53,427 nucleotides of DNA. Origin: Octopus bimaculoides (lineage: Eukaryota). Position 1 is the first letter of the stretch. Every line of letters starts with the position of its first letter. Of this stretch, positions 1 through 11,307 are shown in pieces. The stretch covers positions 100,222,201-100,275,627 of the forward strand of contig NC_068982.1 of NCBI RefSeq assembly GCF_001194135.2, in the 5' to 3' direction. The translations under genes and the position numbers were made by a program. The notes beneath the pieces were generated by a model that did no database searches, had not been told where the DNA came from, and saw only the letters and a list, made by a program, of their open reading frames with translations.

Positions 1-7
1 ATATACA

Positions 8-53
<46 letters not shown>

Positions 54-110
54 GTATGTACGTGTGTATATATACTGTGTGTGTATATATATATATAATA
101 TATATATACT
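1..110. repeat. (TA)n/(TG)n compound microsatellite
   Basis: Direct reading of alternating TA/TG runs. Confidence 0.95.
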
Positions 111-1362
111 GTGTTAACTAGGAAGTTAGTTTTTGTATGTGGCAGATGTTCAGGTGCAATAAACACTGAAAATGTGCAGAAAACAACTTTTGTCACATTC
201 CAGAAAGAAAAACTGGATGTAGTTGATAGCTTCCGATATGTGGGTGACCAAGTTAGTAGTGGGGGAGGGTGTGCTGAAAGTGTAGCTGCTAGAATAAAAA
301 TAGCCTGGGCAAAGTTCAGAGAGCTCTTACCTCTGCTGGCAACAAAGGGCCTCTCACTCAGAGTAAAAGGCAGACTGTATGACGCATGTGTACGAACAGA
401 CATCCTACATGGCAGTGAAACATTGGCCGTGACTGCTGAGGACATGTGTAAGCTCGCAAGGAATGAAGCCAGTATGCTCCGATGGATGAGTAATGTCAAT
501 GGGCATACCCAACAGAGTGTAAGTATCTTGAGAGAAAAGTTGAACCTTAGAAGCATCAGTTGTGGTGTGCAAGAGAGACGATTGCGCTGGTATGGACATA
601 TGGCGAGAATGGATGAGGATAGCTGTGTGAAAACGTGCCACACCCTAGCGGTTGAGGGAACCCATGGAAGAGGCAGGCTCAGACCAAGACCTTTGGAAAT
701 ATGCTGTGCGTGAGAAGACCCGGCAAGCCAAGTGAGACCAAAATCCAAGGCTTCTGCCAGGGATATAGCCAGCCCACTTACACGTAACATTCCTTCATTG
801 GACACTAAACTCCGCTTGTGAAGACCTGTTGAGACAAGTGAAATCGAAATCAAACTAAATTTGTAAACTGGCACCCATGCCAACATCTCTTCATTGAACA
901 CTAAACTCAGCTTGCGAAGACCTGTTGGGGCAAGCGAAATCGAGCATGACCGTTGCCAGAGCACCAGCTGTCTGGCTTCCGTGCCGGTGGCACATAAATG
1001 GCACCATTTGAGCGTGATCGTTACCGACGTCGCCTTCCTGGCACTTGTGCCAGTGGCACGTGAAAAGACATTCGAGTGAGTTCGTTGCCAGTACCACTGG
1101 ACTGGCCCCTCAGCAGGTGGCACGTAAAATACACCATTTCAAGCGTGGCCGTTGCCAGTACATCCTGACTGGCCTTTGTGCCAGTGGCACGTAAAAGCAC
1201 CCACTACACTCTCAGAGTGGTTGGCGTTAGGAAGGGTATCCATCTGTAGAAACTCTGCCAAATCAAACTGGAACCTGGTGCAGCCATCTGGTTCACCAGT
1301 CCTCAGTCAAATCGTCCAACCCATGCTAGCATGGAAAGCAGATGTTAAACAATGATGATGAT
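111..1362 (+). mobile_element. 5'-truncated RTE-clade LINE: C-terminal ORF remnant (111-713) plus 3'UTR with hairpin array and (GAT)n tail
   Basis: Translation has VDSFRYVGD, RIKIAWAKFREL, HGSET, RLRWYGHMARM and EGTHGRGR, typical of the RTE post-RT region. The 3' end GCATGGAAAGCAGATGTTAAACAATGATGATG is shared with other copies in the window. Confidence 0.9.
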
Positions 1363-1388
1363 ATATATACATATATATACATAAATAG

Positions 1389-1427
<39 letters not shown>

Positions 1428-1530
1428 CATGCATACATATATATATGCATGCATACATGCATACATACATACATACATACATACATACATACATACATAC
1501 ATACATACATACACGCACACACACACACAT
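1362..1530. repeat. (TA)n/(TACA)n/(CA)n microsatellite
   Basis: Direct reading. Confidence 0.95.
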
Positions 1531-2050
1531 TACATGGAAAAATGCCAGCATAAAAAGTCATATTCTTAAGATTATAAATCCGGAAAAGTACATGACAAGT
1601 TATTACACCTGTAAAAGAATAGGACAAACTATTACTTCTAGTGAAGTAAAAAAATTTAAAATTTTTACTTAAAATATTGCAGCAAAGAATCACTCTTTAC
1701 AGGTCTCATCTTTTAAATTTATTGTACAAAACTGTTCAGCTAATTTAAAAGTTTGTCTAATTAGTCACTTTTTTCTGTAGTTAAGGTAGTAAATTAGCCA
1801 AATTCTATTTAAATAAGTATAGTTTTATTTGTAAACTATAATAAAATAAGTTTTATTATTCAAATTTTAATTTTAGCTGCAATATTTTAAGTAAAAAGTT
1901 TCTTTTTCTTTACTTTACTAGAAATAATAGCTTATCCTATACTTTTCCAGGTGTAATAACTTGTTCTGTACTTTCCCAGGTTTATAATCTTAAGAATATT
2001 ACTTTTCATGCTCGCATTTTTTCATGTAACCCATGATTTTTCCAGGCATT
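1530..2050. mobile_element. Foldback/MITE family A with ~150 bp inverted arms (1530-1683 / 1876-2029)
   Basis: Left arm TTACATGGAAAAATGCCAGCAT...TTAAAATATTGCAGC matches the reverse complement of GCTGCAATATTTTAAG...GCATTTTTTCATGTAA. A second copy lies at 15410-16440. Confidence 0.8.
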
Positions 2051-2397
2051 GCTGTTATAAGATAATTTATAATGTGTTAATTAATAATTTAAGATTTTAC
2101 TTTATAAAATACTGAAAGATAATATTTCAATTTTTCCATGTAAAGTCATGATAATATTTAATTCATGTTTAATTGAAATATATGTTGTGATTGAATTATT
2201 TGATATTACCCAATCTACACCAAATTAATGGCAAGGATTTTTATCATGTTGTTGGTTGCACCAAGGCTCACCAAAAGTTACAAACAACAAGACCCCAAAA
2301 CCATCAGTTACCAGGCTTACCTTAAGTAACCAAATTTTGCAATTTTAGGAGATCACAAGAATTCATTCAATGAAAAAAAAATTTCCAATGATTCTGA

Positions 2398-2487
2398 GAT
2401 TTGCAGCATATTAGGAGGTCAGGGTACTTGATTCCATGCGAAAAATCAAATTTTTTGTTTTTTTCCTTAGTGAAAATCGTGCGGGTG
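2398..2487. mobile_element. Solo arm of foldback family C
   Basis: TTGCAGCATATTAG..GTCAGGGTACTTGATTCCA..TGAAAATCGTGCGGGTG matches 36983-37070. Confidence 0.75.
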
Positions 2488-2504
2488 TCAATACAGAAAT
2501 TGAC

Positions 2505-2757
2505 TATAATGTTGTTGTTATTTAGCCTCAAATCAACCCTGACACTGCAAACCTATCATCAAAGACNNNNNNNNNNGTTATTTAGCCTCAAATCAACCCT
2601 GACACTGCAAACCTATCATCAAAGACATTCCAGCCTTCAGCAAACCATCTTTTTAGGGATAATCTAGGATATTACATGCAATGAGCATGTGATTTACATA
2701 GGGAGATACTTTGGCTGCTATTTTTAGCGTGTCGAGCGACCAAGTAGAGGCTCTTTC
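2505..2757 (-). mobile_element. Dispersed retroposon-like repeat with (AAC)n tail on the minus strand
   Basis: Shares GTTGTTGTTATTTAG..CCTATCATCAAAG..TTTGGCTGCTATTT with 8560-8790. A short inverted piece occurs near 37240-37295. Confidence 0.55.
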
Positions 2758-3363
2758 ATTGGTTCAATTTCATGAGATTTTTTTACACATATATTTAATA
2801 TGTATATGTATCATCGGCAGAAGTTAGAGAGTAAGTCAAAAGTTAAGCGTTTCATATACTGGCACTTATCAAACACGAATTTGTCCATTGTCACTCTGTA
2901 ACTTCTGACGAAATAACTTCTAAAATACAAAATTTTGTCAAAAACGTTAAGAGTAAACCCTGACACATTCTACCAATACCGGAAGTTTCGAAGTGTTTAG
3001 TTAAAAAAAATTAATTAAATAATTTTTGTTCAATGCGACTAATGATTCTGGATTCTTCATGCATTTTTCTATCATTTAAGCCTAAGAAAAGTATACTTTT
3101 ATTTTAAAATTTAAAAATTTATGTTAATTGAAGATGAATACCTGCCTTACTGCCCCACTTGAAGTGGCAGATATTTTAATGTAACTTTTTTCCTACTGAA
3201 CCAAATTTCAGATTATTTATGCCAAAGTGTAGCTGAGGAGGTGTCCTGTTTAANNNNNNNNNNNNNNNNNNNNNNNNNNNNNNNNNNNNNNNNNNNNNNN
3301 NNNNNNNNNNNNNNNNNNNNNNNNNNNNNNNNNNNNNNNNNNNNNNNNNNNNNNNNATATATA

Positions 3364-3501
3364 TAGTTTCGGCTCAGAGCTGCAGCCATACTGATGCACC
3401 ACTGTTTAAAAATGAACGGCAAAGTCGACCTCGGCAGAATTTGAACTCAGAACATGAAGCATTTCGCCCGGTGTGCTAACGATTCTGCCAACTCACCACC
3501 T
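3364..3501 (-). mobile_element. Internally deleted tRNA-derived SINE (same head as 11308-11537)
   Basis: Reverse complement GGTGGTGAGTTGGCAGAATCGTTAGCACACCGGGCGAAATGC..GTTCTGAGTTCAAATTCTGCCGAGGTCGACTTTG. Confidence 0.8.
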
Positions 3502-3559
3502 CATATATATATATATATATATAATATCAAAATGAACTTCAATCTTGCTTGCTTGCAAT

Positions 3560-4380
3560 GTTACACAGCCAAAATGGTACATAATGCGAAAATACTATGA
3601 ATTAAGGTCCTCCTGAAATGTGAATACAAACGGAAAACGAGTTGCGAGTAAATCGGACAACTGGTTCTTGAGACATTGGCAGTTTTGCAGGTATAAATAC
3701 CCAAAACGGTGCATAATGGGAAAATACTCTGAAAAGAACTTAACCATGAAAGGGAAGAAACTCTAACCTTTCAATTAAACACATCATGATGTTAAACACA
3801 ATATTTTAATTATTTAGAAATATTTTTGAATGTGATTTCAAAAATGTAAACAAAACTCCATTAGTGGGAAATTCAGAGTGACCCAGGAAACTCCAAGGTC
3901 CCCACCACCCCTCCCCCATTTCTTTTTTGGAAGAAAGTGACTTGCAGTGAGTTTGGAGGTGAGATATGTTGAATGCACTCAAAAAAAACCTGTGGAAAAA
4001 ATTATTTCACATGGAAGTACAAATGGGTCCTTCATGAAATATTTACCTAAGATTGGGATGGATGCCAATAGAAGGATCGATGAGACTGATAAACCAAGGG
4101 TTGAGTGTCTGGCAGAACAAAGAGAAAGAGACAGAAGCAGGAAAGATCAGGAATTAGATGCTCGGAGAGCTGTGCATCTAGCAAAACAGAGGGAAAGACA
4201 AAAGCAGGAGACATCATGAAATCGGATCATGGGTTACCAAGATACGTGGTTTTTCAGGTATCTTTATAAATAGCCAAACCAGCATGTAATGGGGAAAATG
4301 TTTTGAAAGTAAGGTACCATTGAAATGTGAACACACACAGAATAATAGAAGTTATAACGAGCTGGGGAAACTGCCATCTC
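3560..4380 (+). mobile_element. Probable Helitron-derived remnant with STPR-like 23-aa repeats
   Basis: ORF 3947-4219 contains ETDKPRVECLAEQRERDRSRKDQ followed by ELDARRAVHLAKQRERQKQET. Internal direct repeats at 3570/3701 and 3604/4311. No Rep or helicase motif is visible. Confidence 0.4.
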
Positions 4381-4399
4381 TCCCTCAGGCCCATTTTCA

Positions 4400-4930
4400 T
4401 ATCCTATGATTGGGATCCATGCAGCAAGCTATGTGCCTTTTTTGCTGACTTTACTGGCCTCCCTTCCTTTTTCATGAACTTAATTGCTGCTGTTGTTCTC
4501 CCCTGATGATAATGCTTTTTGTAGCCTTTCCTGCTCCAGGGTTTGAGCAAGTGTTGCAAGCATGGCATCACTTGTATCTTCCTTGAGAAAGTGCTATTCT
4601 GCACCTTGACAAAATGTGCATCAGTGTGCCCTTTTCTCCACAAAGTCTACATAGCTGGTCTTCTCTCAAACCCCATTTGTACAGGTTTGTTGGCATTGGG
4701 AGTGTGTCATACACTGTTTACAGCAAGAAGGAGATGCAGAAAGGTTCCAGTCTACACAGGTCTGTCCATGTGACCTTCCTCTTAGGAAGGTCACATTTAA
4801 CCCAGGTACCCTGAGATAACAGCTCCACAGATCTTGATCTTTCTTCCTCCTGGTTCTGCACTTCAGCCTGGATCATGGCCCTCCTCTCTTTGACGTCTGC
4901 CTTCTTCCATTGCTGGAAATGGGAAGACCC
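4400..4930 (-). mobile_element. HERO-clade (restriction-like endonuclease) non-LTR retrotransposon fragment
   Basis: Hand translation of the minus strand from 4930: QQWKKADVKERRAMIQAEV..QGTW..RKVTWTDL..FLL*TVYDTLPMPTNLYKWGLREDQLCRLCGEKGTLMHILSRCRIALSQGRYK*. This includes a CX2CX7HX4C knuckle and resembles HERO ORFs. Confidence 0.75.
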
Positions 4931-6009
4931 GTGTGTGTGTGTAGATATATATATATATATATAGATATATATATATACACAGAGCAGAACAGTGTATCTT
5001 AAAATTTAAATACAAATGAATGGTCACAACTATATGTCTGCTAAATCAGAGCAAGAGGGGATGAACAACAATAAACTAAAATATATACCTCTAGTTGTAA
5101 ATTCAGTGTAGGGAAAGTGTAAGAATTGGATTGAGTGTGAAACAGCCATCCATGACTGAAGGACATTCATGAGTAATCCTTTTGAGATCCCTAGAGTAGT
5201 TCTCAAACTTGATTTTAAAAACACTTTCATTTCAATCAGACACATTGTCATTCACAGTTCAGCAGAAGAGAGGGCTCCACAGCTCTACTCCTTTGCTTGA
5301 GAGGTTTAGCAGAATAACAGTCTGCACTAGGTATTGATGATATCACTAGGTTGAGATCTGACCAGGATTTGAATGTACAGTACCATGGTAATGTTTATTT
5401 AAGGAACTTCGTTATGTGGTGGGTACCACGTAACAGCAAAGATAAAGATTGAAGAAGCTGGTTGTAGTTTCAAGTTAACTGTTCTAAACATGGATACTTA
5501 ACCATTTATCTTTGCAAAGTCAGACTACAATGGATCAACTCATTGAATTCTTTCCATCTAACATAGTCTCTCCCTCATTAGCAAAAGTTTCAATCTTGCT
5601 TTCAAACAAACCCTTTCTATCTAAAATGTTGATGCTTAAACAATTATTTAAAACATTGATGTAATTGAGTACCCCTACCTGCAAGATACTCTTATATCTC
5701 TTATCATCATTTACTAGTCATTTCTATCTCATTTTGCACCATCTCTCCTCACATTCCCATGTAACTTCCCTTTCTATCCTTAGCCCAATCCTCTATGTCA
5801 CTTCATTTATATTCACCCTTATTTGTACCTTAAGAGTATGTTCTGACACATGTCCACCACCACCATCTCTTTATCTATCTATTTATCTGTCTTTCTCCCT
5901 AAGCTTCTCTCCTTTCTCTTCCAACTGGAGCATCCTTGTTTCTCTTTAACAGCAAGACTCCTATCTCTATTCTGTTAACTTATCATCATCTGGCACACTT
6001 CCTTCAATA

Positions 6010-6258
6010 CTACTCCCTGTCACAGTCAAGGAGTCTTTGTCTTGCAAGTTACTTGGTGATCCCACCAGTGATGGTGCTATGCAAAAAAAAGCCTTCAGTA
6101 CACTCTGTAAAGTAGTTGGCATCAGGAAGGATATCTAGCTGTAGAAACCATGTCAAAGCAGACAATGAGAGCCAAGTACAGTCCTCTGGCTTGCCAGCAC
6201 TTGTCAAACCATCCAACCAGTGCCAGCATGGAAAACAGATGTTAAATGATGATGATGA
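6010..6258 (+). mobile_element. Short RTE-tail element (3' end only)
   Basis: Ends in GCCAGCATGGAAAACAGATGTTAAATGATGATGATG like the RTE copies. Confidence 0.75.
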
Positions 6259-6568
6259 AATCTTTGTTATTCCTGATTTATAAGAACATGAAAATTTGGT
6301 CAATGTCAAATTCACTTCAAAATCTCTTACCCAGGATGCATTGACCAAACAATTTGGAGGGGTCTAGATATGTGTAAATTTTCCTTTCTATCGCTACCAG
6401 GTTTTCTACCTTCCATTAATATTTGCAACATCCTCACCATTACAACATGGACTAACTCCAAAAGGGAGGTAGCTGAAACTCTACAAACTTGATGCATGTG
6501 GAGGAATGAGGGATTGATGTGGTAAACCTAATTCCAAAGACATTCATGGATTGTCTTATTAACTGAGT

Positions 6569-6976
6569 GTAGGCATGGTTGTGTGGTTAAGAAGTTTGCT
6601 CAAAACCACATGGTTTTGGGTTCAGTCCCACTGAATCTGAAGTGTTCAAAAAACAAGCATCTTCTGCTAATAACGCTGGGACGACTAAAGCCTTCTGAGT
6701 GGATTTGGTAGACAGAAACTGAAAGAAGCCGTGTGTGTGTGTGTGTTGGTGTCTCCTTGTCTTGACATCATGCAAAAATTGTAAACAAGTGTTACTGTCA
6801 TACAAGCAGGGCCCTTCATTTCTAGTCTTCCATAGAAACGTTTGGTTATGGGAAGATATTACTGTGCTTGGAAGCAGATGAGGGTTGAAACAAGAAGAGC
6901 ATCTAGCAGTAGAAAAACTGCCTCAATGAATTCTGTCTGAACCATGAAAAAGTGGAAGTGATGGTTGATGATGATG
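6569..6976 (+). mobile_element. tRNA-derived SINE with internal (TG)n and RTE-type (GAT)n tail
   Basis: A-box-like GCATGGTTGTGTGGTTAAG, B-box-like GGGTTCAGTCCC, the shared core GAGTGGATTTGGTAGAC.GAAACTGAAAGAAGCC, and a GATGATGATG tail. Confidence 0.8.
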
Positions 6977-8067
6977 AATGAGATAAACCTAATTATTAAG
7001 TGAGCTTTAACCAAAATAAAATACCCCTTCAATAAGCTATAGGGACTACTCTTCAGCTAAAGGCAAGATGCCTCACATAGGATGCTACTGTTAGAAACTC
7101 TATTTCCATACTGAAAGTACAGTGGACATGAGAGGTTACTGCATCTATAACTAAAGAGAATAAGATACTGAAATGTCATAATTTGTTGCTAAATTACATT
7201 TTTCAACCTATGGAATTTGTGATGTTCTAGGGAGCAAAGCCACTGACAATGAAGTTTGTGTCATTATTGACATCCTATCTCATCAAAACATCGGGTGATG
7301 CTTGTGAGCATGATTGACTGTCCTAGAATCTCACTCAGCATCACAATCACTTGTGGAATGCCCGGAGTGTTTTGGGTTGCTCATTGAGGCGGAACAACAA
7401 TACCCTCTTTTGTTGAGCAAAACTGAGGGATAATGCTCGCCTTTTAATTTTATATTTTATATATTTACCTATTTTCAAGTTATTTTTCCCCCTATTATTA
7501 TCCACTTAATAAGTAAAATGTGTTCCTAAATAGTTTTATAATTAAATTACAGTTTTAAAAAAAATCAAAAAAATTTTGGTGGACATTGGAATTAGACACT
7601 GAGGGNNNNNNNNNNNNNNNNNNNNNNNNNNNNNNNNNNNNNNNNNNNNNNNNNNNNNNNNNNNNNNNNNNNNNNNNNNNNNNNNNNNNNNNNNNNNNNN
7701 NNNNNNNNNNNNNNNNNNNNNNNNNNNNNNNNNNNNNNNNNNNNNNNNNNNNNNNNNNNNNNNNNNNNNNNNNNNNNNNNNNNNNNNNNNNNNNNNNNNN
7801 NNNNNNNNNNNNNNNNNNNNNNNNNNNNNNNNNNNNNNNNNNNNNNNNNNNNNNNNNNNNNNNNNNNNNNNNNNNNNNNNNNNNNNNNNNNNNNNNNNNN
7901 NNNNNNNNNNNNNNNNNNNNNNNNNNNNNNNNNNNNNNNNNNNNNNNNNNNNNNNNNNNNNNNNNNNNNNNNNNNNNNNNNNNNNNNNNNNNNNNNNNNN
8001 NNNNNNNNNNNNNNNNNNNNNNNNNNNNNNNNNNNNNNNNNNNNNNNNNNNNNNNNNNNNNCAAGCA

Positions 8068-8124
8068 GGTTAGGGTTAGGGTTAGGTTTACCCGAACCCT
8101 AACTCAAAACCTAACCCTAACCCC
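8068..8124. repeat. Short inverted telomere-like repeat (TTAGGG)n...(CCCTAA)n
   Basis: GGGTTAGGGTTAGGTTT (8073-8089) is the exact reverse complement of AAACCTAACCCTAACCC (8107-8123). Confidence 0.8.
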
Positions 8125-8559
8125 GTTTGCCAAAGCGCATTTTTTCCTTCATATTTATTTACATATAGTCCATCTGGACCAATGCAAGATTTGGATTGTC
8201 CGCGTTTAGCTGTTATTTCTAGCATATCAAGTTTCGTGGTGGGGACTCCACATATGTATGATCCTTTTTCTGTTTCAATATAAATGTAAGCCGTTCATTT
8301 TCACATCTAAGTTGCGAGAAGGCTATTCGTACGACCTGAACATGTAGAACACAATGTCAAAAATGAAAATCGCTTAATATTCACTTAATATTTCTATCCT
8401 TGCTTATTTCTTTGTTTACTGCTTTGCAAGAATAAACACATTTTCAGTCTGTTGTATTTTCTTTGCTCAGCTTCTTTTAGTTTACTTCACTACAACAACG
8501 TGGGTATATTGTTTACATCGAATCTTTTAGATTACCTCAATGACCAGGACTTATTTATT

Positions 8560-8790
8560 TTTGTTGTTTAGTTCAAACACAGTTCTGATTATGTAAGACC
8601 TATGATTAAAGGTATTCGACAATCTTTCGCTGGGTATTCTATCCGTGACCATCCTGTTATTTCAGAGTATCTAAAATTACCTACAATTATCTAATGTGCC
8701 CTTCCTTATTTTTGTTTTTGCTTTTATGCCGAGACAATGGGATGTACTTTAAGGGAATTTGGCTGCGATTTATGAGGAACCGCATAAAAG
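8560..8790 (-). mobile_element. Dispersed repeat, same family as 2505-2757
   Basis: TTGTTGTTTAG..GACCTATGATTAAAGGTATTC..GACCATCC..GGAATTTGGCTGCGATTT. Confidence 0.5.
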
Positions 8791-9108
8791 ATGTTTGGTC
8801 GGCACACACGCAGAGAGTCCTTCGTTAGTTCAGTAGATAATCTCTCGTTGGCATTCTTTTATGCAACAACGAAATACATACAACAAATCAACAATAAACC
8901 TTGTTTAATTATTATATTTACTTCGAAAACTGTTTTGAGTGGATGGTCTTGTTAGAATAATTGTTTTAGCCAAGCATTATATAAGCTAATACATCAGCGT
9001 GTACTCGGTAAATGTTACACGTTATGGGCTTATTGTTTTTGTTTTTACGCTTCTCAAAAAACAGATTACTTGAAATAAAGAAACAACTTATGCACACAAT
9101 TTACTTAC

Positions 9109-9160
9109 AACAACGGAATAATATCAATGGGACACCGTGACTGCAAGTCGCCATCTTATT
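9109..9160 (-). promoter_or_regulatory. YY1-like AAGATGGCG motif followed by a GTAAGT donor (candidate first exon)
   Basis: The minus strand reads AAGATGGCGACTTGC...CGTTGTT|GTAAGTAA within a locally CpG-retaining stretch. No downstream exon was identified. Confidence 0.3.
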
Positions 9161-9801
9161 ATCTTAATTACTACGAAATTTAGGGGAATCAAAGAGAATG
9201 TTCTCATTATAAAAAGAATACTCAATAACACATGTGTACCATTATGACAATATCCATCTGAGAAAAAGAAAGCTATATATTATATCGCATCAATACATAG
9301 GATGAAGATTAATCTAACATAAAGATAACTCAGGCTAGAAGTTTGATTATTAATCATATAATTACAAATACTATTTTCACACAATTCGTAATTATAAAGC
9401 AAGTAATTTCAAAATTACAATGAAATAGGTGTTTCTTGCGTACAATCTGTTGTAAATATAATTTGAATTCGTTTTTGGTATAACAAACCACGGAGGTTTT
9501 TGCATGCCACCTCTTATTTCTTTTTTCTTTCTCTTCTTAGCTCTGTTTTCAATTCAGTAAAATATATTTTTTTTTTTCCTAGGAAAAAAAATTATAAGTT
9601 ATAACGAAGTGAATGAAATCACGTTGATAGCAGCGGATTCTTGAAAATTGCCAAACCAGCAAAGTTCTTGGAGCAGTTAATAAAAATTTATATATATATT
9701 AGCATAACAAAAAATATATACATCCGTTCCTTTTTGTTTGTAAACTCAAATGCGCATGATAAACATCGATTTATATATATCAATAGAACTGATATAACCA
9801 C

Positions 9802-9853
<52 letters not shown>

Positions 9854-11307
9854 TCTATATATATATATATATATATATAGTGATTATATAAGTTCTATGA
9901 AATGAATAATTTTGAAATACGTAGACTCTCAATGATTTAGACATGTAATTGNNNNNNNNNNNNNNNNNNNNNNNNNNNNNNNNNNNNNNNNNNNNNNNNN
10001 NNNNNNNNNNNNNNNNNNNNNNNNNNNNNNNNNNNNNNNNNNNNNNNNNNNNNNNNNNNNNNNNNNNNNNNNNNNNNNNNNNNNNNNNNNNNNNNNNNNN
10101 NNNNNNNNNNNNNNNNNNNNNNNNNNNNNNNNNNNNNNNNNNNNNNNNNNNNNNNNNNNNNNNNNNNNNNNNNNNNNNNNNNNNNNNNNNNNNNNNNNNN
10201 NNNNNNNNNNNNNNNNNNNNNNNNNNNNNNNNNNNNNNNNNNNNNNNNNNNNNNNNNNNNNNNNNNNNNNNNNNNNNNNNNNNNNNNNNNNNNNNNNNNN
10301 NNNNNNNNNNNNNNNNNNNNNNNNNNNNNNNNNNNNNNNNNNNNNNNNNNNNNNNNNNNNNNNNNNNNNNNNNNNNNNNNNNNNNNNNNNNNNNNNNNNN
10401 NNNNNNNNNNNNNNNNNNNNNNNNNNNNNNNNNNNNNNNNNNNNNNNNNNNNNNNNNNNNNNNNNNNNNNNNNNNNNNNNNNNNNNNNNNNNNNNNNNNN
10501 NNNNNNNNNNNNNNNNNNNNNNNNNNNNNNNNNNNNNNNNNNNNNNNNNNNNNNNNNNNNNNNNNNNNNNNNNNNNNNNNNNNNNNNNNNNNNNNNNNNN
10601 NNNNNNNNNNNNNNNNNNNNNNNNNNNNNNNNNNNNNNNNNNNNNNNNNNNNNNNNNNNNNNNNNNNNNNNNNNNNNNNNNNNNNNNNNNNNNNNNNNNN
10701 NNNNNNNNNNNNNNNNNNNNNNNNNNNNNNNNNNNNNNNNNNNNNNNNNNNNNNNNNNNNNNNNNNNNNNNNNNNNNNNNNNNNNNNNNNNNNNNNNNNN
10801 NNNNNNNNNNNNNNNNNNNNNNNNNNNNNNNNNNNNNNNNNNNNNNNNNNNNNNNNNNNNNNNNNNNNNNNNNNNNNNNNNNNNNNNNNNNNNNNNNNNN
10901 NNNNNNNNNNNNTATATATATATATGGTAAAGAAGAAGTATTATTCGCTCATTTATTCTTATTCATTTATATATTATTTTATTTACTTGTTTATCTACTT
11001 ACTTATACATATGATTGTAATTAATTAATAAATAGATCCAAATGAATGTTTGCAGGCTGATGTTTGTTTATTTTCTCCATTTTCATCTTTACCTTATAAA
11101 TTATGGGTAAATTTCTGCTTTACCCCCACTCATACCTATTATTCAATTGCGATACTGCCCTACAACACTAAGCATTTGAATATAAATACATAGGTATACA
11201 TCCAGTAGTATATTGGATATTTATTATCCCTTGGATGGTTGTTTAACCTCTAACTCATACAGACGTGTATGGATTTTGTCCCTAATATTATATATATATA
11301 TACATAC

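Larger units (their letters stand above)
5100..7420 (+). mobile_element. Decayed CRE-like RLE non-LTR retrotransposon, copy 1 (interrupted by later insertions)
   Basis: RT block CETAIHD..VVLKLDFKNTFISIR (5125-5240), thumb block from 6296, and C-terminal DATV..VTASITKENKILKCHNLLLNYIFQP..SGD..NARSVLG (7080-7390). The order is colinear with the CRE consensus and with copy 2. Confidence 0.7.

Noticed and set aside
940-1200. CRISPR-like repeat-spacer appearance of the ~62 nt palindromic units
   Set aside because: The units are degenerate along their whole length with no unique spacers, lie in a LINE 3'UTR, recur in every RTE copy, and there are no cas genes in this eukaryotic context.
1307-1693. 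ORFs rich in YI/CV/HT dipeptides (also 17624-17840, 41627-41932, 50374-50905, 52663-53113)
   Set aside because: Translations of dinucleotide and tetranucleotide microsatellites.
2517-2626. 50-bp direct duplication around a 10-N gap
   Set aside because: An exact repeat either side of a minimal gap indicates an unmerged contig overlap.
8068-8124. Ancient chromosome-fusion site
   Set aside because: Only about three units per arm, too short to support this; kept only as a low-interest finding.
7555-11028. Long ORFs spanning N runs (also 18132-18587, 19803-20837, 28068-28456, 51815-52596)
   Set aside because: Artefacts of unknown bases containing no stops.
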